Below, piece by piece: positions 20,663 through 29,827 of a stretch of DNA of 64,000 bases. Positions within the stretch are counted from its first letter, which is position 1. Each line of letters starts with the position of its first letter. Source of the DNA: Pelagomonas calceolata (Eukaryota); assembly GCA_918797485.1 (NCBI GenBank), contig CAKKNE010000004.1, positions 3,162,001 through 3,226,000 of the forward strand. The letters run 5' to 3'. The position numbers and the translations under genes were made by a program. Below the pieces are notes generated by a model. The model did no database searches. It was not told the DNA's origin and saw nothing but the letters and a program-made list of their open reading frames with translations.

Positions 20663-21069
20663 CGCGTCTGTTCTGGCTCGCTCGCGGCAAGCGCCGCGCC
20701 GCTCGCCTGATAGACACCCTGCCTCTGCACCTGTAGACACAGTGGCTCCGCTGGACCCTCAGGGCTCGCGCACGCTTATGAAACGCTGCTGGTCCTCACA
20801 AATGGTGGCAATCAGCGTGGTCACACGTGTTTTTTGGGCACTTTGCGCCAGCAAAAATCCCACAAAACCCGAGATCGCAGGGGCTTGAACGCAAACGTAG
20901 GTCTTGAGATCAGCTTTTTGTATAGCTGCAGCCATCAATCGTTGCGGCAAGCATCAATCGTATAGCTGCAAGCCATCAATCGTCGCATTGCTGCGCCGCT
21001 TGTGCTTGCTTCGCCTGCACTCACAGCTCGCCGCTGCATCAATCCATTGCACACAAGCGCAATCCTGCG

Positions 21070-21924
21070 ATGTCGCGATTCCTGCTCGCCCTCATGCTCT
21101 CCGCGACGACGGCGCTGCGCGTCGTCACGCGCCGCACGCTCACGCCGCGCCGTGCTGCAATGACCATGAAGGAGGGCGCGACGACGGTGGTCGTCACGGG
21201 CGCGTCCAGAGGCATCGGCGCGGCCATCGCCAAGGATTTAGGAGCGCAGGGCTGCAACGTCGTCGTCAACTACGCGGCGTCCGAGGGACCGGCCCTGGAA
21301 GTTGTGGAAGCCATCAAGGCTTCGGGCGGCGACGCCATTGCCATAAAAGCGAACATGGCGGAGTTGGACGACATCAAGGCCATGTTCAAACAAGTAGCGT
21401 CCGAGTTCGGGGGCTGTGATGTGCTGGTGAACAACGCGGGCATCACTAAAGATGGGTTGGCCATGCGCATGAAGCCGACGCAGTGGCAGGACGTGATTGA
21501 CGTCAATTTGAGCGGCGTCTTCTACTGCTCGCAGCAGGCCTTCAACCAGATGGCGAAGAAGCGCAAGGGCCGCATCATCAACATGTCGTCGGTCGTCGGG
21601 TTGTTCGGCAACCCGGGCCAGGCGAACTACGCGTCGGCCAAAGGTGGAGTGTGCGGCCTGACCATGTCGAACGCCAAGGAGTTCGCCGCTCGGGGCGTCA
21701 CCGTGAATGCGGTCTGCCCCGGATTTATTGGTACGGAGATGGCCAACGAGTTAGGAGAGGACATGCTCGAGAAGGTCAAGAGCGCGATCCCGCTGGGGCG
21801 CCTGGGCGCCGCCGAGGAGGTCGCTGGTTTAGTGAGATACCTCGCGCTCGACGAGTCGGCGGGCTACATCACGGGCCACTCGCTGACCATCGACGGCGGC
21901 ATCGCGATCGGCGCGGGCTTCTAG
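21070..21924 (+). CDS. fabG: 3-oxoacyl-ACP reductase (plastid FAS II)
   Basis: TGASRGIG, NNAGIT, GNPGQANYASAK, YITG; bipartite presequence. Confidence 0.95.
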   Translation: MSRFLLALMLSATTALRVVTRRTLTPRRAAMTMKEGATTVVVTGASRGIGAAIAKDLGAQGCNVVVNYAASEGPALEVVEAIKASGGDAIAIKANMAELDDIKAMFKQVASEFGGCDVLVNNAGITKDGLAMRMKPTQWQDVIDVNLSGVFYCSQQAFNQMAKKRKGRIINMSSVVGLFGNPGQANYASAKGGVCGLTMSNAKEFAARGVTVNAVCPGFIGTEMANELGEDMLEKVKSAIPLGRLGAAEEVAGLVRYLALDESAGYITGHSLTIDGGIAIGAGF

Positions 21925-22429
21925 GCTGGTTCTCGGGTAAGGGCGCGTTAAGATCCTCTTCGTCGGCGGCGTAGCGCTCCGGTGGGGCGGGGAGCGGTGG
22001 TGGTTTTTCTCGTGGCGGCCGCGCGCCCGCGGTTTTCTTCCTTTCGTGTCCTCCGTCGCAGGTATCGGACTTGCCGGCGTAGGTCTCCGGTGCGGCGGGA
22101 AGGAGCGTTACCGCGCCTCACGGATGGAGGCGAGCAGGGCTCGTAAAATCGACGCCACTCCGCGCGCACATTGGCGCGACCGCGGAGCTCTCTTGCCCGG
22201 GCAGAGTTGAGGAGACGCACATCGGAGACGAACCGAGGAGAGTGAGCCGGGTCAGCCGACGCGCGCTCGGTCCAAAAAAACAGAGCTAAAAACTCGGGCT
22301 TCCTCGTTCGTAAACGCGCGCGGCGGGCGAGAAAGGACGCCCTGAACGCGTATACAGCGACGCGAAGCCACCGGCAACGCGAGACAGCGCGAAACCGCCG
22401 AAGAAAAAAAGCGCCGCGACTCGGGCGCG

Positions 22430-23333
22430 ATGGCTGCCGACGAGAGCCACGACGGGCCGCCGGCGAAGCGCCCGAACCTGACCGTCGACTCGTCGAGCGA
22501 CGACGAGGCGCCCACGCCGACGGAGCTGGGCTTCGACGGCGACACGCACAAGTGCTCTTCGTGCCACGTCGTGAAGAAGGTTCCCGAGGACTTCGTGAAT
22601 CCCAAAACAAAACGCGTCGGCAAGACGTGCGCCGAGTGCATCACGCGCGCGCGCTGGAACGTGAGCCCCGCACTCCCCGCGGCGAAGACGTCGGGCCGGA
22701 CGCGTCGACGGCAAGCTGAGCCCGCAGAGAAACCCAAGTCCTCGTCGTCGAAGCTGCCGTGCCGCCGCGGGTGCGGCCGCTCCTTCAAGAACGCGGGTGC
22801 GCGCACGAAGCACGAGGCGGCGTGCGCGCACGGGCGCGACACGGAGGAGGCGGAAGATGCGAACGACGACTTGATTGGACAGAAGGTGATCAACGTCTTT
22901 CCCGGCGCGGGAGGCTTCCGCATGGGCTTCGTCCGCGAGCGGGTCCTCCCTGTGTGGAAATCAACCTGTGTATCGGCTGCGACCACGCCATCAAGCAGGC
23001 GTCGCGTCGATGGCATGGAGGTCGACGCCGACTCGACGGCGCCGTGAAATTTTGATTTCTACACAGGTTCCTCCGCCGGCCGGCTCGGTGCGGATCGGCA
23101 ACTACATGTGCGTCTGGCACGATCACACGTTCACGGAGCACCAGGCCGGGAAGATTCGAAACAAGCTGCTGCGGGAGTGGGAGTGGGCTGAGGTTCCTCC
23201 GGGCGAGATATCTCCGACTTTCCGAGAGCTCTACAAGGAACATGTCGGCGACCGATACGGCGACGCAGACGGCTCTTCGCGCGGACGCACCGTTGCAACG
23301 GCTCTGTTCGGGGATCCCAACGCCCTAGTGTAA
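22430..23333 (+). CDS. Hypothetical Zn-finger-like protein; exons 22430-22942 and 23067-23333
   Basis: CSSC..CAEC and CRRGCGRSF..HEAAC; the introner intron splices in phase 0 (..VRER|VPPP..). Confidence 0.6.
22943..23066 (+). mobile_element. Introner intron (124 nt, GT-AG)
   Basis: TIR ctgtgtggaaatcaa...ttgatttctacacag; TSD gtcctcc/gttcctcc (left copy one T short). Confidence 0.85.
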
Positions 23334-23342
23334 ACATATATC

Positions 23343-25358
23343 TTACGCAACCACCACGTCCGTGTCGTCGGCCCCCTCGAACTTCGGATACACCCTCTTG
23401 TACAGCTTGAGGAGGACCGTGTCCGCCTGCGACATAGGCCTCGAAAGTGCCACTTTAAAGTGGCCGTGCGTGCCGATGGGGCAGGTCATGTGGCACGTGA
23501 GGCCGTGCTTCGTCACGAGCTGCGCGGGCTTGAAGTACGCGCAATCCTCGGGATTCTCGAACATCTTGTAGACCGTGGCCTTGCGTTTATGTGTTCGTAA
23601 CGGCACGCCCGACAAAATACATCTTTTCAGGATGATGCGGTCGGGGTCGCAGGTCAGCGCCGAGCCGATCGCGCAGGCCTCTCCACTAGCACGAAACAGG
23701 ACGACGGGCGCCGGCGCGTACGTCAGGGGTCCTAAGACAGAACAGACGACGTGGTCGCCGGGCCGCAGAAACCGGCTTGATAAAGCCCTTGCGCTCTTGG
23801 GCCCGTGCGACGAGTAGATCGGCCGGCCCCGCCACCGCCGGTGGCCGCAGACGACCTCGACGAGTTCTTTGGATGGTAAAGGCTGCGTATCACCAACGCC
23901 TAGCGTCGTGCGCTTCACGAGGAAGTGCAACACAGTGAGACGGTTCTCATGTTTTAATAACGACGACACACCGGCAGAATCGTTGATTAAGGAAGAAGCA
24001 TCACACGCACGCACGGTCTCCAACCTCATTTTGACGTAGGCGCCCACGCCGACCTCACCCTTCTCGGCCAAGGCTGCCTTGCGCTCCGCGTCGAACCTTC
24101 TGAGAGTGTGGACGTAGCCGTACTGGCGCGGCAGCGCCTCGTGCGCATCGAAGGGCGACGCCTGCACGTCCCTCAGAGCCCGGTACCGCGCGAACCGCGT
24201 TCGCGCCGCGCACCCGGCGGGCACTTCCACCTCGTCGGGAAACTCGCCGTCCTCGTCGTAGCGCTCCTGTAAAGTTAGTGGTTTCTTCACTTCTACCTCC
24301 TCTTCGCGCGTGGACGTGTTCAGGGCCTCCACATCAATGCCGTCATTATCGTCGTCGTCGTCATCAGAACCGTCCCACGCGGCTTGATAGTCGCTCCTCA
24401 GCTTCCTTGGTTGTTCTACTTCTTCCTCCTCCATGTTCTCGAGGTTCTGCTCGCCCATGAGCTCGTCCGGCGTCGCGGCCGACTTCAGGGGCTCGTCACA
24501 TGAACCTTGTAAGGTTTCTGATGGTGTTGTTGCGTCGGACGTCGCGTAGACCTCGCAAGTTGTGATGCGCGCGGCACCCACGCCGCGCACGTGCACCAGT
24601 CGATTCAACGCTAAAGGAGCGTCGCGGACCCAGCCTTCGACATCTAGTAGAGTGCCATCGGATGATGCGTTCTTGACGTGGATGCGACAACGCGTCTGCC
24701 GCCAGCGCGGCAATTTCGAAGGAGCCGCCCTAACGGCTTGCGGCGCGTTTGCCGCGCCGTCGCACCACGGCACCGCATCCCCAAACTCGTCCTTGAAGAA
24801 CCGTCGCGCTATATCCAGGCGATACGCGTCCGGGGCATTTCCCGAAGCGACGCCGACGATGGTGGGCAAGCCCTGGGACTTCAAAGCAGTCAAAACATCG
24901 TCGGCCTCGGGCGAGTAGGTCTCGGGCTCCTCCGTGTCCATGTCGCTTTTCTTCGTAGGAGCCAGCACGCAGACGACCACATCACACGCCGCGGCCGCGT
25001 GCAATGCACTTCGAACGTCGCCGTGCGCCGTCTCGATGACTTGTATGTTGTCCTCCCTTAAGGCGTTTGCTACATCTATAGCAGCGTTTTCCGCGAGGGG
25101 CACGACGGCGCAGGTCAAGGGCGCGTCGGTCGCCTGAGGCTTCCTCGACGACCGCTGGCGCTGGTCCTTCAGCTGCTGGGCCCGTCGTCGCCGTTGCTCC
25201 TTGGCGCCGGCGGCGGCGCCCGCGCGGCGGCCCGGGCCCGCGCGCTCGACGCGGCCCGCGCCGCTCGCGCGTTTCTGGGCGCGGTTCGACTTTGTGGTTT
25301 TGTGGGACTTGTTTTTTTGTTTCAGGCCGCTGCTGGCGCGGTGGTGGTGGCCGGCCAT
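23343..25358 (-). CDS. TSR1: Pre-rRNA-processing protein TSR1
   Basis: LKQKNKSHK, EFPDEV..ARTRFARYRAL, LLKHE, PDRIILKRCILSG, MFENPED, IGTHGHFK, LYKRVYPK. Confidence 0.93.
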   Translation of the reverse strand: MAGHHHRASSGLKQKNKSHKTTKSNRAQKRASGAGRVERAGPGRRAGAAAGAKEQRRRRAQQLKDQRQRSSRKPQATDAPLTCAVVPLAENAAIDVANALREDNIQVIETAHGDVRSALHAAAACDVVVCVLAPTKKSDMDTEEPETYSPEADDVLTALKSQGLPTIVGVASGNAPDAYRLDIARRFFKDEFGDAVPWCDGAANAPQAVRAAPSKLPRWRQTRCRIHVKNASSDGTLLDVEGWVRDAPLALNRLVHVRGVGAARITTCEVYATSDATTPSETLQGSCDEPLKSAATPDELMGEQNLENMEEEEVEQPRKLRSDYQAAWDGSDDDDDDNDGIDVEALNTSTREEEVEVKKPLTLQERYDEDGEFPDEVEVPAGCAARTRFARYRALRDVQASPFDAHEALPRQYGYVHTLRRFDAERKAALAEKGEVGVGAYVKMRLETVRACDASSLINDSAGVSSLLKHENRLTVLHFLVKRTTLGVGDTQPLPSKELVEVVCGHRRWRGRPIYSSHGPKSARALSSRFLRPGDHVVCSVLGPLTYAPAPVVLFRASGEACAIGSALTCDPDRIILKRCILSGVPLRTHKRKATVYKMFENPEDCAYFKPAQLVTKHGLTCHMTCPIGTHGHFKVALSRPMSQADTVLLKLYKRVYPKFEGADDTDVVVA

Positions 25359-25559
25359 GGCTGCTCTTTTTGTTTTGCGCTCTCTGGGTGCAGCGCTCTC
25401 TGGGTGCAAGCCTGTTTTTTGTCTTAGTGATGGACGCAACGGCCTTGAACTCCACGCAAGCAGTGCGCACGTGGGCTAGCTTTGCAAATCCGCCCGAATC
25501 ACACAGCACTGCCTGCAGGCCGATTTTATCGCTCGATGTGCCTCTCAGCCCCTGGATTA

Positions 25560-25582
25560 GCTAGCGGCGTAAGACACTAGCA
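25560..25582 (+). promoter_or_regulatory. Recurrent CTAG-bounded intergenic motif
   Basis: gctagcggcgtaagacactagca between the divergent TSR1 and NHA genes. Confidence 0.6.
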
Positions 25583-25776
25583 GACCCTCTATTTGACCGG
25601 AAACGTTGAGAGACGCGTCGGATAGATCACCTGTTCGCGTACTGGGTGCAGAGACGGTCCTCAAGAGGACAGCTGATGACATGCATGCATGACAAGCGGC
25701 ACATGCAGCAGCCAATCCGTACGGATGAGTTGAAACAGCAGTATGCTTCAAAAGTGACGCCATCGATGCGATAATC

Positions 25777-27269
25777 ATGTGTAAAAGTTCAACAGATAAC
25801 GAGGACTCTGCAAAAAATGACAGCACACAGCTCCCTGCAGCCCTGTGGGAAGCCTTGTGCGTCGGACTCGTCGTCCTCACGCTCTGGCTCTCGATCGGCG
25901 CCGCCGCAGCCCCAAGAGGCCCGGTCTTCGCGCTCGAGTGCGTCTTCGTCGCCGGCGTGCTCGGCGGCCGGCTCGTGTCGCTTATCGCGAAGAAGACCGA
26001 GGTCCCGCTGCCGCCCCTGGTAGGGATGCTCGGCGCCGGTATTCTTTTGAGGAACGTGCCCTACCTGCGGACGTACGTGGGCGAGGCCGTCGACGCGGGC
26101 AGCTCGTCGGCGCTGCGGACGTGCGCCCTCGCGCTCATTTTAGCAAGAGCGGGCCTAGGCCTGGACGCCGCCGCGCTGAAGCGCCTGCGGTGGGCCGCGG
26201 CGCGCCTCGCGGCCGTGCCCTGCCTCGTCGAGGCCGGGGTCGTCGCTGTGATAGCGTCGCGGCCGTTTGTTTTTGACTTCCCGGCGGGGTGGGCGTGTCT
26301 CCTGGGCTTTGTGGTCGCCGCAGTGTCGCCGGCGGTCGTCGTGCCATCGCTCCTAGCATTGAGGGATGCGGGCTACGGCACAGCGACGGGCATCCCGACG
26401 CTGGTGGTCGCGGCCGCGGCGCTGGACGACGTGCTTTCTTTAGCAGGTTTCGGGATCTGCCTGCCCTTCGCGGTATCGTCGGCGGCGCGCCAGGGGGTCC
26501 TCCCGTCGACGGCCTGGGCCGCGGCGGTGCGCGCGCCGGTTGAAATTGTTGCTGGATTATTTGGCGCGTGGCTCGGGTCGCTCGTGCTGCGCCGGTTCGT
26601 CGTCGAACGGCGGCCGTCCGCGCTGCGGGCCGCCTCAGCTTTAATGCTCGTGGCGCTGGCACTGACCTTCTCGCTGAAGGCGCTCGGCTTTTCGGGCGCG
26701 GCGGCGCTCGCGGCTGTATGGAAATCAAATTTCAGGCGCCCGACGCCATCGACACTCCGCAACTCACTGGTTGATTGCCACACAGGCTCGCGGCGCTCGC
26801 GCTCGCGTTTCTGGCAGGATCTTCATATAAGGCCGCCGGGGGCGTCCTCGGCGAGCTGTGGTCGAGCGTGGCCCAGCCGCTCCTCTTCTCGCTGCTGGGG
26901 GCGGCCGTGGACCTGGATGTAATAAGGGGAAGGGACGCGGGCCTCGGCGTCGCTTTGATCGTGATCTCGGGCGCCTTCCGCTTCGCGGCGACGTCGAACG
27001 CCGTGCGCGGCTTTTCGTTGAAGCCGAAGGAGCGGTTGTTCGTGGCGCTCGCCTGGCTGCCCAAGGCGACGGTGCAGGCCGCCGTCGGGGCCGTCGCGCT
27101 CGACGCGGCGGACTCGTCCGGCGAGAAGGAAAGGGCGCGTGTCGTGCTGACCGTGGCCGTCCTGGCTATTATATTGACTGCACCGGTCGGCGCAATCGCT
27201 ATTTCTGTAGCGGGGCCGCGGCTGTTGACGAAGGATGAGGTCGCCGAGGAGGCGCCGTCGCGGGTTTGA
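25777..27269 (+). CDS. Na+/H+ antiporter, NHA/SLC9B (CPA2) type; exons 25777-26705 and 26786-27269
   Basis: LPPLVGML, ILARAGLGLD, AVSPAVVVP, AAAALDDV, AWLPKATVQAA, ILTAPVGA. Confidence 0.9.
26706..26785 (+). mobile_element. Introner intron (80 nt, GC-AG)
   Basis: Perfect 8-bp TSD gctcgcgg (26706-26713 and 26786-26793); TIR ctgtatggaaatcaa...ttgattgccacacag; removal restores the frame. Confidence 0.92.
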
Positions 27270-27373
27270 TGTTTTGTTTCATAAGTCGTTGTTCATATAG
27301 TACTCGTCTTACTGTACCGACTACACACCACACGAAAACCTAAAGAACCGTATCGCGCGGTTTAAGCTGATGC

Positions 27374-27395
27374 CTAGTGTCTTACAGCAGCTAGC
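27374..27395 (-). promoter_or_regulatory. Recurrent CTAG-bounded intergenic motif
   Basis: ctagtgtcttacagcagctagc. Confidence 0.6.
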
Positions 27396-27512
27396 TCCAG
27401 CCTCTCACAGCCATGGACCACTCTGTTGACGAATGTCGCCGACGGAGCACTCGACGTCACGCCCAGCGACCGAACTTCCCGGCCGCGCGCCCCCTGAGCC
27501 TCTCTCACACAG

Positions 27513-29111
27513 GCCGCCGTTACCATCTTCAACAACATCTTTAACCGGGACCCCGCGGCGGTCGAGGAGCTGCGCCGGCGCCAGTCGCAGACGGCTAGGG
27601 CGCGGCTCGCCGCGCTGCCGCCGCTCGGACAGCTCTTGTTCCACGTGCAGCTGGGGAACTGCACGTTCCTGGGCGCGATCGACGCGTGGATCGCGCTCGG
27701 CGCGTCCGATGACGCGACCGCGCGCGCCGCCGCGCGCGCCCTCGACGCGCTCGCGTGGCGCGTCGTGCACGCCGCGTCCCGCTCGTCATCTTTAGCAGCC
27801 GGCGCCGTCGTCGCCGCCGTCGCGCGCGGCGCGGCCTCCGCGCCGGGGCTCCGGCTCGCCGTCGCCGACACGGGCGCCGCGCTCGCGCTCGCGCCGGCCG
27901 ACGCCGTCGAGGCCCCTTCGTCCACGTTCGGTTTGGAGGCCGCGTCGCCGACGCCCGAGGTCGTGATGACCGACGACTCCGCTTCGACGTCTGCCGGCGC
28001 CGCTTTAGAGGACGTCGCGCCCGCGCCGGCCGCCGCCGACAATTCTGAGAGCGATGACGAAGAGACCCTCGAAGTCATGAGAGCGCGCGTGCAGCTGCGC
28101 CAGGACGAGGCGTCGTCGGACGACGACTCCGACGACGAGGACCAGGACTCCTTCCAGGCCATCGCGCCGGACGCCGAGGCCGAGGACGTAGAGGAGGCAT
28201 TACAGAACGCCGAGTCGGAGGAGCTCGCGGTGTCGGCGTCCGAGCTAGCTGTTCTAGAGCGGTACCTCGCCGAGGCCGTCCGCGAGGACATCTTTATCCC
28301 AGGCCTCAGGGACGCGTGCAACACGAACATGAGCAGCTTCGAGCACATGCTGCTCGCCCTCCGACGACATCATCCAGACAAGGACCTCTCCACATTAACG
28401 CTCCTCGCCATCTTCGACACGGAAGACCCGTCCATCATCAACGCGATCCCGCGGGACACCTACCTCGGCCGAGTCAACGACAGGAAGAGGGCGCTCGACC
28501 TGCCGCTCACGCCCATCACTCCCAAGCCCAGCAAATCGGAACTAGCAGAGCTCCGCGCCGCAGAGGACGCGACGCGTTCCGCGGAAGCAGAACGCCTTCA
28601 GGCTCTCGAGTCGAGGACGTTCAAAGAGCAGAATCGCTTAAGCAGCATCAGAACGTTGCAGAAGTATCAAGCAGAACGAGAGGCCAACGACGGCAAGGTG
28701 CTGACGTTCCAGCTGCACGCCGGTTGTCCAGTAGCCTTCCCAAAACAAAACTGGTACCTATACCTCTTCCGCCACTTAACAGCACACAATCCAGGAACGA
28801 CCCGGCAAGGGCCGACACCATTGTCCCGGAAATCAGTCTATTTCCCCTCGCTGACGGCGTGCACGGCCTGCGAGGACTGGGTCCAGGAACTCGCCGAGGG
28901 AACCGCGTCCGTGGGGGTGCCAGGCGCCGGCTGGGCCCATCCGCGCGACGGCGTTCTGAAAGTCGCGCGGGAGGTCCGGGCGGCGTTCCCGGACATCACG
29001 TTCGGCGACGTCGACTTACATGTGGCCGGCCCGTCGAAACGGGGGCCGTCCGCGGCGCCGGTGCGAAGCAGCAAGAGGGCGCGGCAGCCTCCCAAATCGA
29101 GGGACGTCTAG
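27513..29111 (+). CDS. Hypothetical protein; 5' exon unresolved
   Basis: Frame is open from an acceptor-like cacacAG ending at 27512; acidic low-complexity middle; candidate ATGs at 27413 and 27433. Confidence 0.5.
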   Translation, partial: AAVTIFNNIFNRDPAAVEELRRRQSQTARARLAALPPLGQLLFHVQLGNCTFLGAIDAWIALGASDDATARAAARALDALAWRVVHAASRSSSLAAGAVVAAVARGAASAPGLRLAVADTGAALALAPADAVEAPSSTFGLEAASPTPEVVMTDDSASTSAGAALEDVAPAPAAADNSESDDEETLEVMRARVQLRQDEASSDDDSDDEDQDSFQAIAPDAEAEDVEEALQNAESEELAVSASELAVLERYLAEAVREDIFIPGLRDACNTNMSSFEHMLLALRRHHPDKDLSTLTLLAIFDTEDPSIINAIPRDTYLGRVNDRKRALDLPLTPITPKPSKSELAELRAAEDATRSAEAERLQALESRTFKEQNRLSSIRTLQKYQAEREANDGKVLTFQLHAGCPVAFPKQNWYLYLFRHLTAHNPGTTRQGPTPLSRKSVYFPSLTACTACEDWVQELAEGTASVGVPGAGWAHPRDGVLKVAREVRAAFPDITFGDVDLHVAGPSKRGPSAAPVRSSKRARQPPKSRDV

Positions 29112-29493
29112 GTTGTGGCCAGGGGCGCGCGCGCGGAACGCGGCGCCGGCGGTAAAAAATGAAAAAAAAAATTCGCGTCCATCCGCCCGCCACCCTTCCC
29201 ATCGGTCCCGCCAGAGCTCTGGGACGCCACAAAAGGAAGTTCAGGTCGGCGCGTGGAGCAATTCCCTCAACCAGCTCTGAAAGTCCGTCTCGCGCCGTAG
29301 CGCTACCTCTTTTCCGTTGAAGTGGTCCGCGGCGACTCGGCTAATGTCCGCGGTCTCCGAGCAGCGCCAATTCCAGCGTTCAGGGCGCACTCGGTCGCGT
29401 CGGAGAAGGCGTCGCGTCTCGAGCAGTAGTGAATTCACTCTATGAGGAGTGACTTCTCGTGCGTCTCGCGAGGCCATTCATTTTTATTTTTGC

Positions 29494-29523
29494 GGCCGCA
29501 CGTACGTGCACGTACGTGCGGCC
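29494..29523. repeat. 30-bp perfect palindrome
   Basis: ggccgcacgtacgtgcacgtacgtgcggcc equals its own reverse complement. Confidence 0.9.
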
Positions 29524-29694
29524 TGTAGCGCTATCGGCGCGTCATGTTTTTTTTATTGTCGGCCATCCTGTGGCCGCGGCAGCAATTTGCGGACTTCGCT
29601 GCGTTAGAGCGCATGTATGCGAACACACGCAGTGATGAGACCGTACCAAAACTCTCTGCCCTGAACACACGCCGCGGCTAAGCCTCTGCGATTA

Positions 29695-29717
29695 GCTAGC
29701 GGTTTAAGATACTAAGC
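29695..29717 (+). promoter_or_regulatory. Recurrent intergenic motif, degenerate copy
   Basis: gctagcggtttaagatactaagc, ~110 bp upstream of the QueA-QueH ATG. Confidence 0.45.
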
Positions 29718-29827
29718 TCGCGAAGCAGCGCTGAAATTGAGAGCTCGCTGTGTGCTAAGGATCAGTTACTGAAGAGTCTTCAGACAGAGTTACACTACAC
29801 GGCTGCAGCGAGAGCGCCGTCGAAGCA

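Noticed and set aside
27513..29111. Autonomous transposase for the introners
   Set aside because: No DDE or hAT dimerisation motifs recognised and no family TIRs flanking it.
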